This document shows positions 35,917 through 49,151 of a DNA stretch of 64,000 nt, in pieces; position 1 is the stretch's first letter, and every line of letters begins with the position of its first letter. The position numbers and the translations under genes are program-made. Origin of the DNA: Isurus oxyrinchus (Eukaryota); NCBI GenBank assembly GCA_026770705.1, contig JANJGN010000189.1, positions 558,001-622,000 of the forward strand, given 5' to 3'. The notes beneath the pieces are model-generated. The model saw only the letters and a list, made by a program, of their open reading frames with translations, searched no databases and was not told the DNA's origin.

Positions 35917-35956
35917 ATGATCGGGAAATCCTACTTCCTCCTGTCACTTCTCCAAG
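35917..35956 (+). pseudogene. Siglec-like gene C, signal-peptide exon with mutated donor
   Basis: MIGKSYFLLSLLQ as in gene B, but the donor reads ATAATA at 35957 instead of GTAATA. Confidence 0.8.
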
Positions 35957-37699
35957 ATAATAACGTCGTCAGCTCGGACAGGTTTATGGCTAATAGTCTT
36001 TGTAAAAGATCATTCTTATTGAGTGTGATTGGGAACCGATTCAGCAGTGAGCCAGTGTACAAACTCACACCAAGTCCCATTCACCCATCACCCCTGTGCT
36101 CACTGATATACACTGACTCCCTGTCTGACAGCAGAATTGGAGGAGAGCAGAGATCTCAGAGGGTTTTAGGGTTGGAGGAGGTTACACAGATAGAGAGTGT
36201 AGAGGGGGGATGGTGGGGTAAGAAATCTATGATGAGAATTTGAAATTTGAGTCATTGCTGGACTGGGAGTCAGTGTAGTTCAGCCAGTGACAGGGGAGCG
36301 ATCAGCTGAATAGAGAATCAGGAATACCAACTGGGGGATGAAGTCTATCCTGATGCTGGGACTCGGATAACAAGGCCCTGAAATTTTGTCTCTTTTGCTG
36401 ATTTTGTCAGAATTTCCCATGAAGACAACACAGCAGCTCCTAGAATAGACAGGCTGTTCAGTGTCACACTTCCTGTCCATTCTCACCTTGCTAGATACTT
36501 CAATAAGGGAGCAAGATAACTGAAAGAGAGAAGGAAGGTAAAGATGTCCGTGTGTAAAACTGTCAAATATTCTGAGTTATCATGATTGTCTCTGACCTGC
36601 TGCAGAGTTTAAATTTCACAGAACATTAGCACTTTGCAGCTCAGAGAGAGACCATTGACTCACTGCCTGAAAGGCCGGTGGAAGCAGATTCAACAGGAAC
36701 TTTCAGAAGGGGAACTAGATAAATACTTGAAGGGGACATTTTGCAGGGCTGTGGAGGAGAGAGCAGAGGTTAGAGTGGGACTAATTGGACAGATCTTTCA
36801 AAGGCCCAGCACAGGCTCGATGGGCCAAATGGCATCCTTCTGTTCCGGATCATTCTACAATCTGATAAATTAAGCCCCACATCAGTAACTCTTCAGGCTC
36901 CTGCTGCAGGGATGGATCTTTGAGAAGGACAGGGAACAAGAGGTTCCTGGTATCATTTTCATATTTCTTGACAATTACATAAGTGTATAGATCTGTTGAA
37001 TATTTGAGTCTCTAAAGCGTAGAGGTAATCTGCTGTTATGTCGAGATCTTGTGGTGGCAAAGTTGTCTGGAGGTTTCTTTAATTGCTCACATTGATCTGT
37101 GGGATTGTCATTCTTCGATGTTGTCCCTGGTTTCAATTGACATTATACCCTTGATGCAATTGAGGAGGCTTTAAACTAATATGGCAGGGGATGGGATCCC
37201 GAGAGGAGGTTCAACAGAGAGAGATGCACAGCCAAAATTAGAAGAGAGAGCAAATGAACCTGGAAGGCATAGAAATTATTGGCCATTTCAGGCTCAAGAT
37301 CGCGTGGCAAAGTTGGATTGTATTAATTTTAATGCAAGGAGTCTGACAGACTTGCATTGTCCTGCAGGTGTAATGTTGCAGCTCCTTTGGAACTGCCAAT
37401 ATTGTTGAATCTTTCTGCATATTTCAATGTTATGTCATGAACTGAGCTGATGGGATAGTTTCTGAGACAGGGACAGACATAAATCCATTGGCTTTCGGCC
37501 GGACTGGACAATCATGGAAGTGGGTGGGGCCAGAAAATCCCAACCCTATGGGAACATTTTCAGTTTATTTGATCTGCCAAGAGAGATCAATAAGGACCAC
37601 AATCCACAATTTATTGGCAAGCCACGTCAGGATATGTGTGAGAGGTGGAATATTGATCACCGCTCCTAGTCTCGTCGTGTACATCATCGCCATTTCCTG

Positions 37700-39320
37700 G
37701 TTTGTCAGTCACCACATGTATATGTTCCTGATGGGATAGTGGATGGTCATTCTTATTGCTTGAAGTTTCCCTGTTGTGCAGGGTTTGTTTGGATCAGCGC
37801 ACGGCTCTTTGTAGCTGCATCAGCCTTTGCTCTAGTGCCCTGCCGCTGTCAATGGCCCTTTCTGCCACAAGCCATGCAGGATTGGTGGAAAGCTGGGCAT
37901 TTCCATGGTGCCTGCAGAAGGCCACACCTTCCACACGTCTCACTAGGTTTGGATGTTCTAGTGAGTGTGTCAACAATTGATGTTGTACTGAGGACCTGTA
38001 AGCTTCGTTGACCTGCGAGGATCACTTCGTATTTATGTCCATCCTTGAGTAGCTCTTCAATGCTATAGGTTTTGGTCTTATCTAGCAGATCTTTCTGGAA
38101 GGCTTCCATGGGAGTGGATGCGATCACCAACTCAACAACTCTGTCTGCAGGCTCTGTGTTTGAAATCACAGTGCGTACCCTTTTCTCTACATCGGCTGAT
38201 GAAGTGGTCTATGGATTGTGTAGGCTGATGAAATGACATAAACTCTAGTTGATGAATATGGAGTTTCACCTGATTCTGAACCTGTCTTCCAATGTCGTCC
38301 ATATCTATTGGGGATCCTTTTCACTCTTCTGCTGTTAATCCTGACGTGTTCAGCCTGTGTAGACCTTCATTCCCAATCGCGAGGTGAATTTTTATGGGTG
38401 GCTCGTCTGGTTCAGTCACACCTGAATCAGGAAACCAGAGCTCTGTACGCTGTTTAAACATTCTGAATTCAGATAGTCGGTCAGCTACATCCCAGTTCAA
38501 ACTGGGGAATTTCGTGGACATTCTGACAATATTCCTTTGATCTTCCTTCTCCTACAGGACCTGGGATGAGTGTCGCTTTAGTCCCTTTCGTGCACTTTTC
38601 CGAAGCTCCGCCCACGGAGACGGGTTGTGGCAGGAACACACCACGGAGTAATGGAGTCTTTGTTTTTTATTCAATTTGCTGTTCAGCAATCTCGAAGCCG
38701 CTCGTTATAATCACTAACTTCTCTGGGCTGATTTTTATAATGGTTTTTGTGTGTTTGACTCTCCCTCGCTCACTATCGATCCAGCCCACACCCTGGTCAC
38801 TCGCCTTCCCTGACTGAGCTAACCCGCTGCTGGTCCTGGCGATACACACTGTCCCACTCACTGACCTACAGGCCGTGTGCTGTAATCTCACCACGAGGGA
38901 TCCGCCTGCTCCCCAGCTCTTTACTTGAGCTCTTTCCCGTCACTGTGTCTTCAAAGGTTTCCTGAGCAGTCAGTACACTGCGATTTCAAACCTCTCTGAT
39001 GCTGTGTCTCTGTTGTGGTCTGACCAAAGCGTCGAGGGTCGTCTCATGCCATGTAGCTCGATCTAAGGCTGTTCACCACGTCATACCTGTACTGAATCTT
39101 GCTGCCAGAATGTTTGGCCACCGCTGATCACCATGTTGTGTTTTTATAATGATATAAAGGCACCAGCCACTGATACGGAATTGGGTAAATACATTGTGGG
39201 TTCAGTTATTTAGAACAGGGACATGAGAACAGATATACAAGGATAGAAAGCTGGGAGACCCCTGCAGCCAAACTGTGTGAGCTATGTTCTGCTCACAGGC
39301 CAAAGTGAAACTTGGACTGG
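37700..39320 (-). mobile_element. Degenerate Ty3/Gypsy 5' part (LTR end, PBS, gag)
   Basis: FPSLNWD..SEFRMFKQRTELWF Gag start, double knuckle CGRCG..CPAFHQSCMACGRKGH, and CA|TGGTGATCAGCGG PBS-like junction at 39121-39135. Confidence 0.75.
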
Positions 39321-41250
39321 ATGGTGTTATCATCCCAGCTGATGTTACTACTGGGCAAGTCAGATCCCAGGGTGGAACTCAGCTTGATAGGTCCTAACTT
39401 TTATTTTTTATTTAGGAATGTGGAGTGCAGCTACTGAACAGAGTCTCAGGAATCATCTGATGAACTTCTAACAAAAGCATAACACATTTATTAAACGTGG
39501 AAAGACAAACTATATTACATTACTCCTTCACCCAGACCTATACCTTTACAGATTCATAAGTAGAACACAAATTACAATAGCTATCTTATACTCTCATGTT
39601 CACACTAAGTACACAGTCGATGTAAACCAACAGACGACCTGTGGTCAGGGACACCACACTCTTAAAGCAATTGACAAAACCCACTTGAAACAAATGCTAT
39701 GTCTCCCTCCTCATCTGACCCCAGATGCTTGTTACACTGTGAGCCAACCAGTCTCACTGAACTGAGATATCCATATGAGGGTTTCCAGTATCCACTCTTC
39801 AAGGACACGCTTTGGAATCTTCTCCAACATGACACTTTCACTCAGACACCTTCCACAAGGGTCCACTTTCACTATTTCAAACTCTCCTTCCCATGTTCCT
39901 GCCCCCTGGATCGCCACGTGCATTCAGCCTTCCTTCCACGCCCTGTCTCTCCAAAGCTCAGCCGTGTCAATGGAACACCATGGCTTCACATGGCCGTAGT
40001 AATGAGTCACCAACCTGTGGTGTCTCCTAGGATCTTCTGGCTTCTCGCAAGCCTATTTTGCTTTAGGCCTGTGTCCTGCTGCTTCTTCCTTTAAGCTTGA
40101 AGCCTTCTTCTGCTCCTCACTCTTAACTTCACTTAACAGGGCCTTTTCCAGATTTGACTAGAGGGTCTTCTTGGGCCCTTTCTCCTGTTCCACTCGATGG
40201 TTTTGGCTTCTTCTTTACTTTGGGACTGACTATCTGTCCCGCTCCTTTGCTGCTTCTCCTGGCAACTCCTTTCAACAGAACTGAAAGTACTTTTCTGTTT
40301 TTCTCGGTCTCTGTGGGTCCCTCCCTCTGGATCACTGTTGCTAGGCATCAGCACAGTTTCTTACGCCTTGTATTTCTCTTGACTTCCCTTCAAGAGACAT
40401 AAAACCTCAATGGAATGCTGGCTTCTTTTTAAGTCAAGTTCCCCCTTTTCTAAACACCCAAATACAGAAATACAAACTAAACTTGAACTTAAAGATAGAC
40501 CTTATGCCTAATGCACACAAATACACATAGAACTTACTTAAGCCAACTCCAGTTCCTAAAAATCACATGACACACTTCCCCTCGAGTGATGCCATGCTGC
40601 TGTCCCTGAAAGGCATATTACAGCAGTGTTATCACTTGGCAGGTGATGTGTGCCAGGCAGACCAAGTCCATGAGAGAAAGATGGTCACACGATCATAATG
40701 ATTTTGCAATTTGTATTTATTATGAGATGTGTGCACTGAATTCAGAAGCAATAATTACACCAAGACCTTTACAGATTTAAAACAATAAAGTAAAATATTT
40801 GTCATCAAAATAAAAGATTTCAAGCACATACATAAGACTACAATGACTGCTATAATAACTCCTAAAATTCCTAATTAACCTGACTCCCAGTTACACTCCC
40901 TTTAAGGCAACAGACCAAAAATAGATGTTAGATTTAAAACAAACTCAGCAAGTTAACCCAATGCCCTGGACAGTGGAATTCCAAATGGATTTTCCCCAAC
41001 TTCAGTTCTGTTGGATAGCGGGCTTGTGCACAAACAGGGTCCTGAGGACCATGAGCCAATGTAGAATGAACTAGTCCACTCCTGTGTCCAGGATTCTCTT
41101 CCATCCATTGTGAAACATTGGGGAGTTCCTTGTGTGTCCTGTAGATGGTCCACACTGCAGCCACTGTGCCCCAGTGATGGAGAGGGTGGATATCGAGTCT
41201 AGTGGATCTACAAACCATCCAGAGTTAAATATTGATATTTCTCTCCCCAG

Positions 41251-41628
41251 TTGGACTGTCACAAGAGTGGAAAGGTGACACTCCACGAGCGTTGACAGCA
41301 CAGGAAGGTTCGTGTGCACAGATTCCATGTCATTACAGTTATCCATCAGATTTGGTAAAGAAACGACATGTTGGAATCTGGTATATGAGAAGGTACATAC
41401 GGAACAAATATTCTAAATGGTCTGTAGCCTTTCACTCCAAGGATCACAGTCACGAGTTACCACAGTTCCACCATCGGAGCCGACTGTCTGGAGACCTGAA
41501 AGATGGCGACTGTTCCCTGATTATTAACAACATCAGATGGGAAGATGCCGGACGTTATTTGTTCACAATAAAATTTGACAATGGTCCGAGCCATAACTAT
41601 TACCCTGAAACCCAGCTTCACGTTTCTG
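41251..41628 (+). CDS. Siglec-like gene C, V-set exon a (intact frame, essential Arg replaced by Thr)
   Basis: 378 nt, phase 1/1; EGSCAQIPC...GDCSL...EDAGRYLFTIKF. Confidence 0.9.
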
Positions 41629-41709
41629 GTAAGTGCTGTGTTATAATTACTCAACAATTCACATCCAACACTCAATGGGAAATAATAGTGTTTGATTTGC
41701 TTGTTTTTT

Positions 41710-43790
41710 GGCCGTGTTAACCAGCGTCACTATTTTTAATGATTTGTCTATTTCTGCTCCCAGATCCATGAGCTTATTGTGTGTGATTGAATCCACATCA
41801 TAGCTGTAACGTAAACCGAGCTGAGGGGTGATGACACCTCCCCCCTGAGTGAAGTGTCTCCTCCCCACTACACCTTCCACCCCTCACACCGTCTGTGTAA
41901 ACCCCCGTCCCATCTCCAGCCTCTCTTTCCTCTCCAAAGTCCTGAACGTGTTCCATCTCCTGAATCCGTTCCCATCTTTCCCGGAACTCCATGTTTGAAT
42001 CCCTCCAATCAGGGTCCCACCCCAGCCACTGTGCTGAAACAGCTCTTATCAAGGTCACAAATGGCATCCTGTGTGACTGTGACAAAGGTCAACTTTCCCT
42101 CCTCGTCCTTCTCGATCTGTCTGCAGCCTTTGACACGCTCGACCACACCATCCTCCTCCAACACCTGTCCACTGTCGTCCAGCTGGGTGGGACTGCTCTC
42201 CCCTGGCTCCATTCTTATCCATCTCATCGTAGCCAGAGAATCACTTGCAATGGCTTTGCAGCATCATCTGAACAGTGTTACTTTTCACCTGTCCACTGAG
42301 GATCCCCAGCTCTACCTCACCACCACCTCTCTCGACTCCTCCACTGCTGCTAAATTATCAGGCTGCTTATCTGACATCCAGTACTGGATGGGCAGAAATT
42401 CCCTCCAATTAAATATTGGAAAGACTGAAGCCATTGTCTTCATTCCCCACTCCAAACTCTGTTCCCTCGCTACCAACTCCATTCCTCTCCCTGACAGCTC
42501 TCTGAGATTGAAGCCAATCTGTTCACAGCTTTGTTGTCCCATTTGATCCTGAGATGAGCTTCCAGCCTCATATCTGCGCCCTCACTAACACCGTCTATTT
42601 CCACCTCCGTAACATCGCACGACGTCACCCTGTCTCAGCTCATCTGCTGCTGAAACCCTCATCCACGCCTTCATTACCTCCAGACTCGACTGTTCCAACA
42701 CACGGTCTACACTCCATAAACTTGAGGCCATCCAAAACTGCTGACCACGTCCTTACTCACAGCAAGTCCCGTTCCCTCATCACCCGCTCTGCTTGATGAC
42801 CGAGACTGGCTCCTGATCAAGAAAAGTCTCAATGTCAAAATTTTCATCTTTGTTTCCTCACTATCTCTGTAATCTCCTCATCCTCCTCCAGTACCTACAA
42901 CCATCCCATTCTCTGTTACCTCTTCAAGCTTCTACCGCTTCCCTATATCTGTAAATTCATCCTGCCCCAACAAACCTACCAATCTCTGCAACCTCCTCCA
43001 GCCACTACAACCCTCCCTATTTCTGTAACTTCCTCCTGCCCCTAAAAGCTTCCCTATCTCTGTAGCCTGCTCCAGTCCTGACAACTTTCCCTGCCCCTGT
43101 AACCTGCCCCAGTCACTACAACCCTCCCTACCTCTGCAAACTCCTCCAGACCCTACACTCTCCCAATCTCTCTTAACTTTTCCAGCCGCTACAACCCTCC
43201 CTATCTCTGTAACTCCTCCAATCACTACAACCCTCACTATCTCTGTAACCTCCTCCAGCCCCTACAACCCTCCCTATCTCTGTAACTCCTCCAATCACTA
43301 CAACCCTCACTATCTCTGTAACCTCCTCCAGCCCCTACAACCCTCCCTATCTCTGTAACTCCTCCAGCCCCTACAACCCTCCCTATCTCTGTAACCTCCT
43401 CCAGCCCCTACAACCCTCCCTATCTCTGTAACTCCTCCAGCCCCTCCAACCCTCTGAGGTCTCTGCGCTTCTCCAATTCCAGCCTCTTGACCATCCTCCG
43501 ATCGCATCACTCTAACACCGGCGGCCGTGCCTTCAGTTGCCTGGGGCCTGAGCTCTGTAATACCCTCCCTCAACCCCTCTCCATCCCTCTCTCTTACTCT
43601 CTCTATCTCTCTCTCTCTCTCTCCCTATCCATTTCATCACCCTTTTAAGATTCTCCATAACACCGACATCTTCTGGTCAGCTGTCGCTAATATCTCCACA
43701 TGTGTCTGGGTGACATACTTTATTTTATGACGCTCCTGTATAGCACCTTGGGGTGATTTGTCATGTTAAAGTTGATGTGTACATATAAGT
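41710..43790 (+). mobile_element. L2 LINE RT and 3' end with internal 37-bp minisatellite (42860-43455)
   Basis: QSG..PSHCAETALIKVTN..LVLLDLSAAFDTLDH, PQLYL, LQLNIGKTE; L2 tail ggcggccgtgccttcag resumes after the array. Confidence 0.9.
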
Positions 43791-43924
43791 TGTTGCCCTT
43801 TGACCCTCGACCCCAGATTGATTCTTATTTTTGAGGGAATGTACAACCTCCTTAGATTTCTGACCAAAATGTCATTTGATTATTTTTATTGAGCGAATGC
43901 CAAGCCCCGATACCGAGCGAGAGC

Positions 43925-44290
43925 CTCCTCATTTGCTGAGTTTAAGGTGATGAGTCAGCCCCTTAGTCCGTAGAGGGGATTCTCCTCGGTAATGTGCAGC
44001 CTTGTTTGTGTCTCTCCACAAGCGCATGAGGGGTTTGTACAGCGGCTGCAGCGCTGGAGGGGGTCTGCACAGGGGTCCTGAACTGTCCTGAGCCGGTTTT
44101 AGCAAGGACCACTCTGGCCTTGGCAGCTGAAAGCCAGCCATTGGACAGACGGGGCCTGTCACAAGGAGCCTGTTAGTCACTCCCCACCGTGTTTCCTGTG
44201 CTCGGATCCAGACAATGTTGGCTGGTGGATCTGGCTCAGGAAGGGTCCTCCCCATGGGACCCCCAGATGGAAGGTGGGTCGAGCGGGTCA
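43925..44290 (-). mobile_element. Non-LTR retrotransposon C-terminal fragment (Vingi/I-group-like)
   Basis: GFQLPRPEWSLL followed, after a frameshift, by NRLRT...PSCACGETQTRLHI zinc-finger-like tail. Confidence 0.5.
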
Positions 44291-44344
44291 GTCACTTGCA
44301 TGTTTATTCTGCAGCTTTAATATTTTAAGATGGTAAGAATGTAG

Positions 44345-45133
44345 GAACATAAGAAATAGGAGCAGCAGAAGGCCATTCGGCCCCTCGAGCCTGCCCTCGC
44401 TGATCTGGTTGTGGCCTTAACTCCATTTTCCTGCCTGTCCCCCAAACTCTTGACTCCCTTGTCAATCAAAATCCTGCCTCACTCAGCCTTGAGTCTATTC
44501 AATGGCCCAGCCTCCACTGCTCTCTGGGGAAGAGAATTCCACAGGCTAGCGCCCCTCTGAGAGAGGAAATTCCTCCTCATCTCAGTCTTAAATGGGAGAG
44601 CCCTCATTCCGAAACTGTGCTCCCTGGTTCTAGATTCCCCCACGAGGGGGAAACATCCTCCCAGCATCCACCCTGTCAAGCCCCCTCGGAATCGGATATG
44701 TTTCAATAAGGTCACCCCTCATTCTTCTAAATTCCAATGGATACAGGCCCAACCTGCTCAACATTTCCTCACAGGACAAACCCTTTAATCCCAGGAATCA
44801 GCCCAGTGAAGCTTCTCTGAACTGCCTGTACACAATGATCCTGTTACAATCTCACTAATGCCCTGTGCAGCTGTTGCAAGACTTCCCTCCTTTTATACTC
44901 CATCCCTTTGCAATAAAGGCCAACATTCCACTTGCCTTCCTCATTCCATGGTTTTCCTGAATGCTGACTTTCTGTGATTCATGTACAAGGACACCCAGAT
45001 CCCTCTGTACTGCATTCTGCAGCCTGTCTCCAGTTAAATAATATTCTGTTTTTCTATTCTTCCTGCCAAAATAATTTGTTGCCATTCTCCTCAGTATTGA
45101 CCATCCCCCCAATTCAGCCTCATCTGTAAATTT
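44345..45133 (-). mobile_element. CR1 LINE 3' fragment
   Basis: FKTEMRRNFLSQR..LWNSLPQRAVEA, QRDLGVLVHESQK. Confidence 0.9.
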
Positions 45134-45190
45134 TGAGTCTAGTGGATCCACAAACCATCCAGAGATAAATATTGAGATTTCTCTCCCCAG

Positions 45191-45558
45191 TTGGACTGTC
45201 ACAAGAGTGGAAAGGTGACACTCCACGAGAGGTGACAGCTCAGGAAGGTTCGTGTGTACAGATTCCATGTCATTACAGTTATCCATCGTGTCTGGTAAAC
45301 CAACCGCGAGGTGGACTCTGGTTTAATAATGAGAAACAGATTCCCTGGGCTCCCATTGCCTTTCACTCCAAGGATCACAGTCACGAGTTACCACGGTTCC
45401 ACCATCGGACCGGCTGTCTGGAGACCTGAAAGATGGTGACTGTTCCCTGATTATAAACAACATCACACGGGAAGATGCAGGACCTTATTATTTCAGAATA
45501 GAATTTGACAATGGTCCGAGCCATAACTATTACCCTGTAACCCAGCTTCACGTTTCTG
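45191..45558 (+). pseudogene. Siglec-like gene C, V-set exon b (1-bp deletion, Arg retained)
   Basis: 368 nt; cggaccgg versus cggacccgg in gene B at about 45410 gives a stop at 45427-45429; downstream frame reads EDAGPYYFRIEF. Confidence 0.9.
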
Positions 45559-46873
45559 GTAAGTGCTGTGTTATAATTACTCAACAATTCACATCCAACA
45601 CTCAATGGGAAATAACACAAACTGTGACGTTTACACATTAACACAAAACACAGTTTATTATAACACACTGTCTGATTCTCAATAACCTAGTGATAGCTTC
45701 CAGTTCAGTCCTAAAGCAACCTCTAATACTCACTTTAATATCAATGATTAAATATATTGACTGTGTCCATCAATGTTATCAGGATATCCACTCCCATCAG
45801 TCTCCCTAATGCTTTTGAAATGTCTAACAATTTGACAAAAGAAGGATGTGCATTCCTATAGCGCCTTACACCACCTCAGCAAACTTCAAATCACTTCACA
45901 GACAATGAAGAAATTCTTGAAGTATAGTCACTGTCTAACGTGGCAGTGAGTTTGTGCACAGGAAGCTCCCACAGAGGGCAATGGGATCAGTGACCCAGAT
46001 CTCTGAGAGAATGATGAGCCAGGGTTCCATGAGCTGTGGGCTGCTCCATCACCCACACCCCGGTGTTGTCAATTCAAGGTTCTGGGAGTGAAAGTGTATT
46101 CAGCTCAGTGACACATTCCCCACCAAGTTTGAAAATAGGAAAGTTGCTGCTGATTGTTGTTACCTCTCAGTTCCCATCTCATCCTTGGAAACCTGCTTTC
46201 AAAATACAAAAGCAAGTCTCACATTTCCATAGCGCCTTTCACCACCTCAGGACGATCCTAAATCAATTCACAGCCAATGAAGTGATTCTTGAAGCACACA
46301 TTCTCCCCAGTCTCTGGGTAAAGAAGTTTCTCCTGAATTCCCCATTGGATTTATTAGTGAGGATGTTATATTGTCAGCCTCTGGTTTGGTTCATTGTGAG
46401 GAGTGGAAACACTCTCTCCATGTCTACTCGATCAAAACCTTTCATTACTTCAAAGGTCAAATGAGGTCACCCCTCAACCTTCTCTGTTCAAGAGAACAGA
46501 GACCCAGCCTGTTCAGCCTCTCCTGATAGGTAAAGCCTCACATTGCGGAGATCATCCTTGTGAAGCTTTTTACCACCCTCTCCAGTGTCTCCATATCCTT
46601 TTCCAAATGCTGAGTCTGTTCTCCCCGAGCTGTGAGCTGTTCCTCCACCCTCACCAAGTCTGGTCAAATCAAGGGTCACTGAGTGAGAGTGTATTAATCT
46701 GAGTGACAGAGATTCAACAAGTGTAAAAATAGACAATTCTTTAATGATCATTGTAACCTCTCAGTTCTGATATCTTCCTTTTAAAAGTGCTTTCTCGTGT
46801 GGGACTGTGGTTTCTATTTGAACTGATGCTTCACGTTATATTTCTCTAAAAGGATCCATTCTCTGTGTGTTTG

Positions 46874-47170
46874 ATTTCACAGATAAACCCACGATATTCC
46901 CTGCTGAAATTATTGCAGGAAAGCGTGTGGATGTAAGCTGCACCTTCAACACAACGTGCAATGGAACAGCAGCACCTGTCTTAACCTGGGACACTCCCAC
47001 TGACGTACCTGGATCAGTCTCAAACACTGTAACTCAGCATGGTGTCACTCTGACCTATACTTCTGTTCTGACCCTGATCCCATCACTCAAACACCACGGA
47101 CACACTCTCAGCTGCAGAGTGAGATATCCATCTGTTTCATCGAAGCGGACCCTCGTACTGACTGTGCTAT
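46874..47170 (+). CDS. Siglec-like gene C, C2-set domain 2 exon
   Basis: Paralog of 24285-24581; the acceptor AG is TG here, with an in-frame CAG acceptor 9 nt downstream (start 46883); donor GTAAGT at 47171. Confidence 0.85.
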
Positions 47171-47349
47171 GTAAGTACAAACACCCTTCATTCTACATTA
47201 GTTGGAATAGTATCAAATGTGCACAGCAAGCTCCCACATACTGCACTTTGTTTATAAACAAACCATTGGTATTTAACTGGTAAAAAGTGAGCCCTGACAG
47301 GCAGTACATCCTTACTACTGACTCTCCGATAGTGCATCATGGACTCATA

Positions 47350-49080
47350 GACTCATAGACACATAGACAGAAGGAGGCCATTTAGCCCATCATGTCCATG
47401 CTGGTCAGCAACTCCCTCCCCAAGTGCATCACCTCATATTTTTCCAGGTTGAATTCCATTTGCGTCGTGATCATTTCCCCTTTATATAAGTCCAATTCAT
47501 TTATATACACCACAAACAGCAAGTGCCCCAGCACTGAGCCCTGTGGAACCCCACTGGAAACAGACATCCAGTCACAGAAACATCCCTCCACCATCACCCT
47601 CTGCTTCCTGCCTCAGCCAATATTGGATCCAACGTGCCACTTTGCCTTGGATCCCATGGGCTCTTACTTTCTTGGCCTCTCTGCCAAGAGGCACCTTATC
47701 AAAAGCCTTCCTCAGCCCATGTCGACCACATCAAAGGCATTACTCTCATCAACACTCCTGGTGACCTCCTCAAAAGATTTGATCAGGTTTGTCAAACATG
47801 ACCTTCCCTTAACAAATCCATGCTGAATATCCCAGATTAATCCTTGTCTCTCCCAGTGCAGATTCATTCTGTCCTTCAGAATTCTTACTAGTAACTTCCT
47901 CACCACCGAGGTTAGACTGACTGGCCTGTAATTTCCTGATCTATCCCTTCCTCCCTTTTTTAATAATGGGACAACATTAGCCATCCTCCAGTCCTCTGGC
48001 ACCTCACCTGTGGCCAGAGAGGATTTGAAAATTACTGCCAGGGCCCCTGATATCTCTTCCCTTTCCTCCCTCAACAGCTTGGATTCATCTCATCGGGGCT
48101 TGTGGATTTATCCACTTTTCAGGTCGCTAAACCCACTAGTACCTCCTCTCTCTGTGTTAATTTCCTCTCATATTTCACTGCCCTCCACCCTGATGTTATA
48201 CCTGCATCATCCTTTTCCATTGTGAAGACTGATGCAAAGTATTCATTGAGGACTGTACCCACGTCTTCCAGGTCCACACACACATTACCTCGATGGTCCC
48301 TAATCAGCCCCACTCTTTCCCGAATTATTCTGCTGCTCTTTACATATTTAAAAAACCCCTCTGGGTTTTGCTTTATTCTACTCACCAGTGCTTTCTCATG
48401 CACTCTCTTATCTTTCCTAATGTACTTTTTCAGTTCCCATCTGCACTATTTATACTCCTCTAGGGACTCTGCTGTATTGAGCCCTCAGTATCTGCCATAA
48501 GCTTCTCTTTTTTCTAAATCTAAACCTTTATGTTCCTTGTCTTCCAGGGTTCTCCAGACTTGGTCTCCCTCTTTGTCTTTACAGGAAGATATCTGCTCTG
48601 TACTCTCGCTATTCCCTCCTTGAATGCCTCCCACTGCTCTGACACAGTTTTATCTGCAAAGAGCTTCTCCCAGTCCACTTGGGCCAAATCATATCTCATC
48701 TTAGTAAAATTAGCCTTTCCCCAGTTTAGAATTTTTATTCCCAGCCCAAACTTATCCTTCTCCATAACTGTCCTAAATCCAATTGAGTTACAGTCACTAT
48801 CTCCCCTACTGATACGCTTTCCACCTTCCCCGGCGCTTTTCCATATATTAGGTCCAGAACTGTCCCCTCCCTTGTTGAGCTTTCTATGCACAGGCTAAAA
48901 ATCTTCTCCTGGATGCAACTTCAGAATTTTTCTCCCTCCCTACCTTGCTCACTAAAGCTGTCCCAGTTAATATTTGGGTAGTTAAAATCCCTGAGTATTA
49001 CTGCTTTATTATTCTTGCACATCTCTGAAATGTGATCACATGTTGGATTGTCCATCTCTCCCTGACTGTTTGTTGGTTTT
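47350..49080 (-). mobile_element. CR1 LINE ORF2 (endonuclease-RT, internally deleted)
   Basis: GEVPEDWRMANVVPL...NYRPVSLTS...QHGFVKGRSCLTNL, SGVPQGSVLG. Confidence 0.95.
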
Positions 49081-49151
49081 ATATCTTGAGTCTATGAGTT
49101 CACTGGTTGAGTAAATTCGAATTGCACTCCTTCATATACACTTGTTAGTTG

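Noticed and set aside
39325-41040. Possible additional LTRs (also 4020-5240 and 21550-22070)
   Set aside because: LTR-like composition, but I could not establish termini, TSDs or a second copy
41251-45558. Tandem V exons as rearranging antigen-receptor V segments
   Set aside because: Each includes the G strand and ends in a GT donor; no adjacent heptamer-nonamer RSS; Siglec-type Cys pattern
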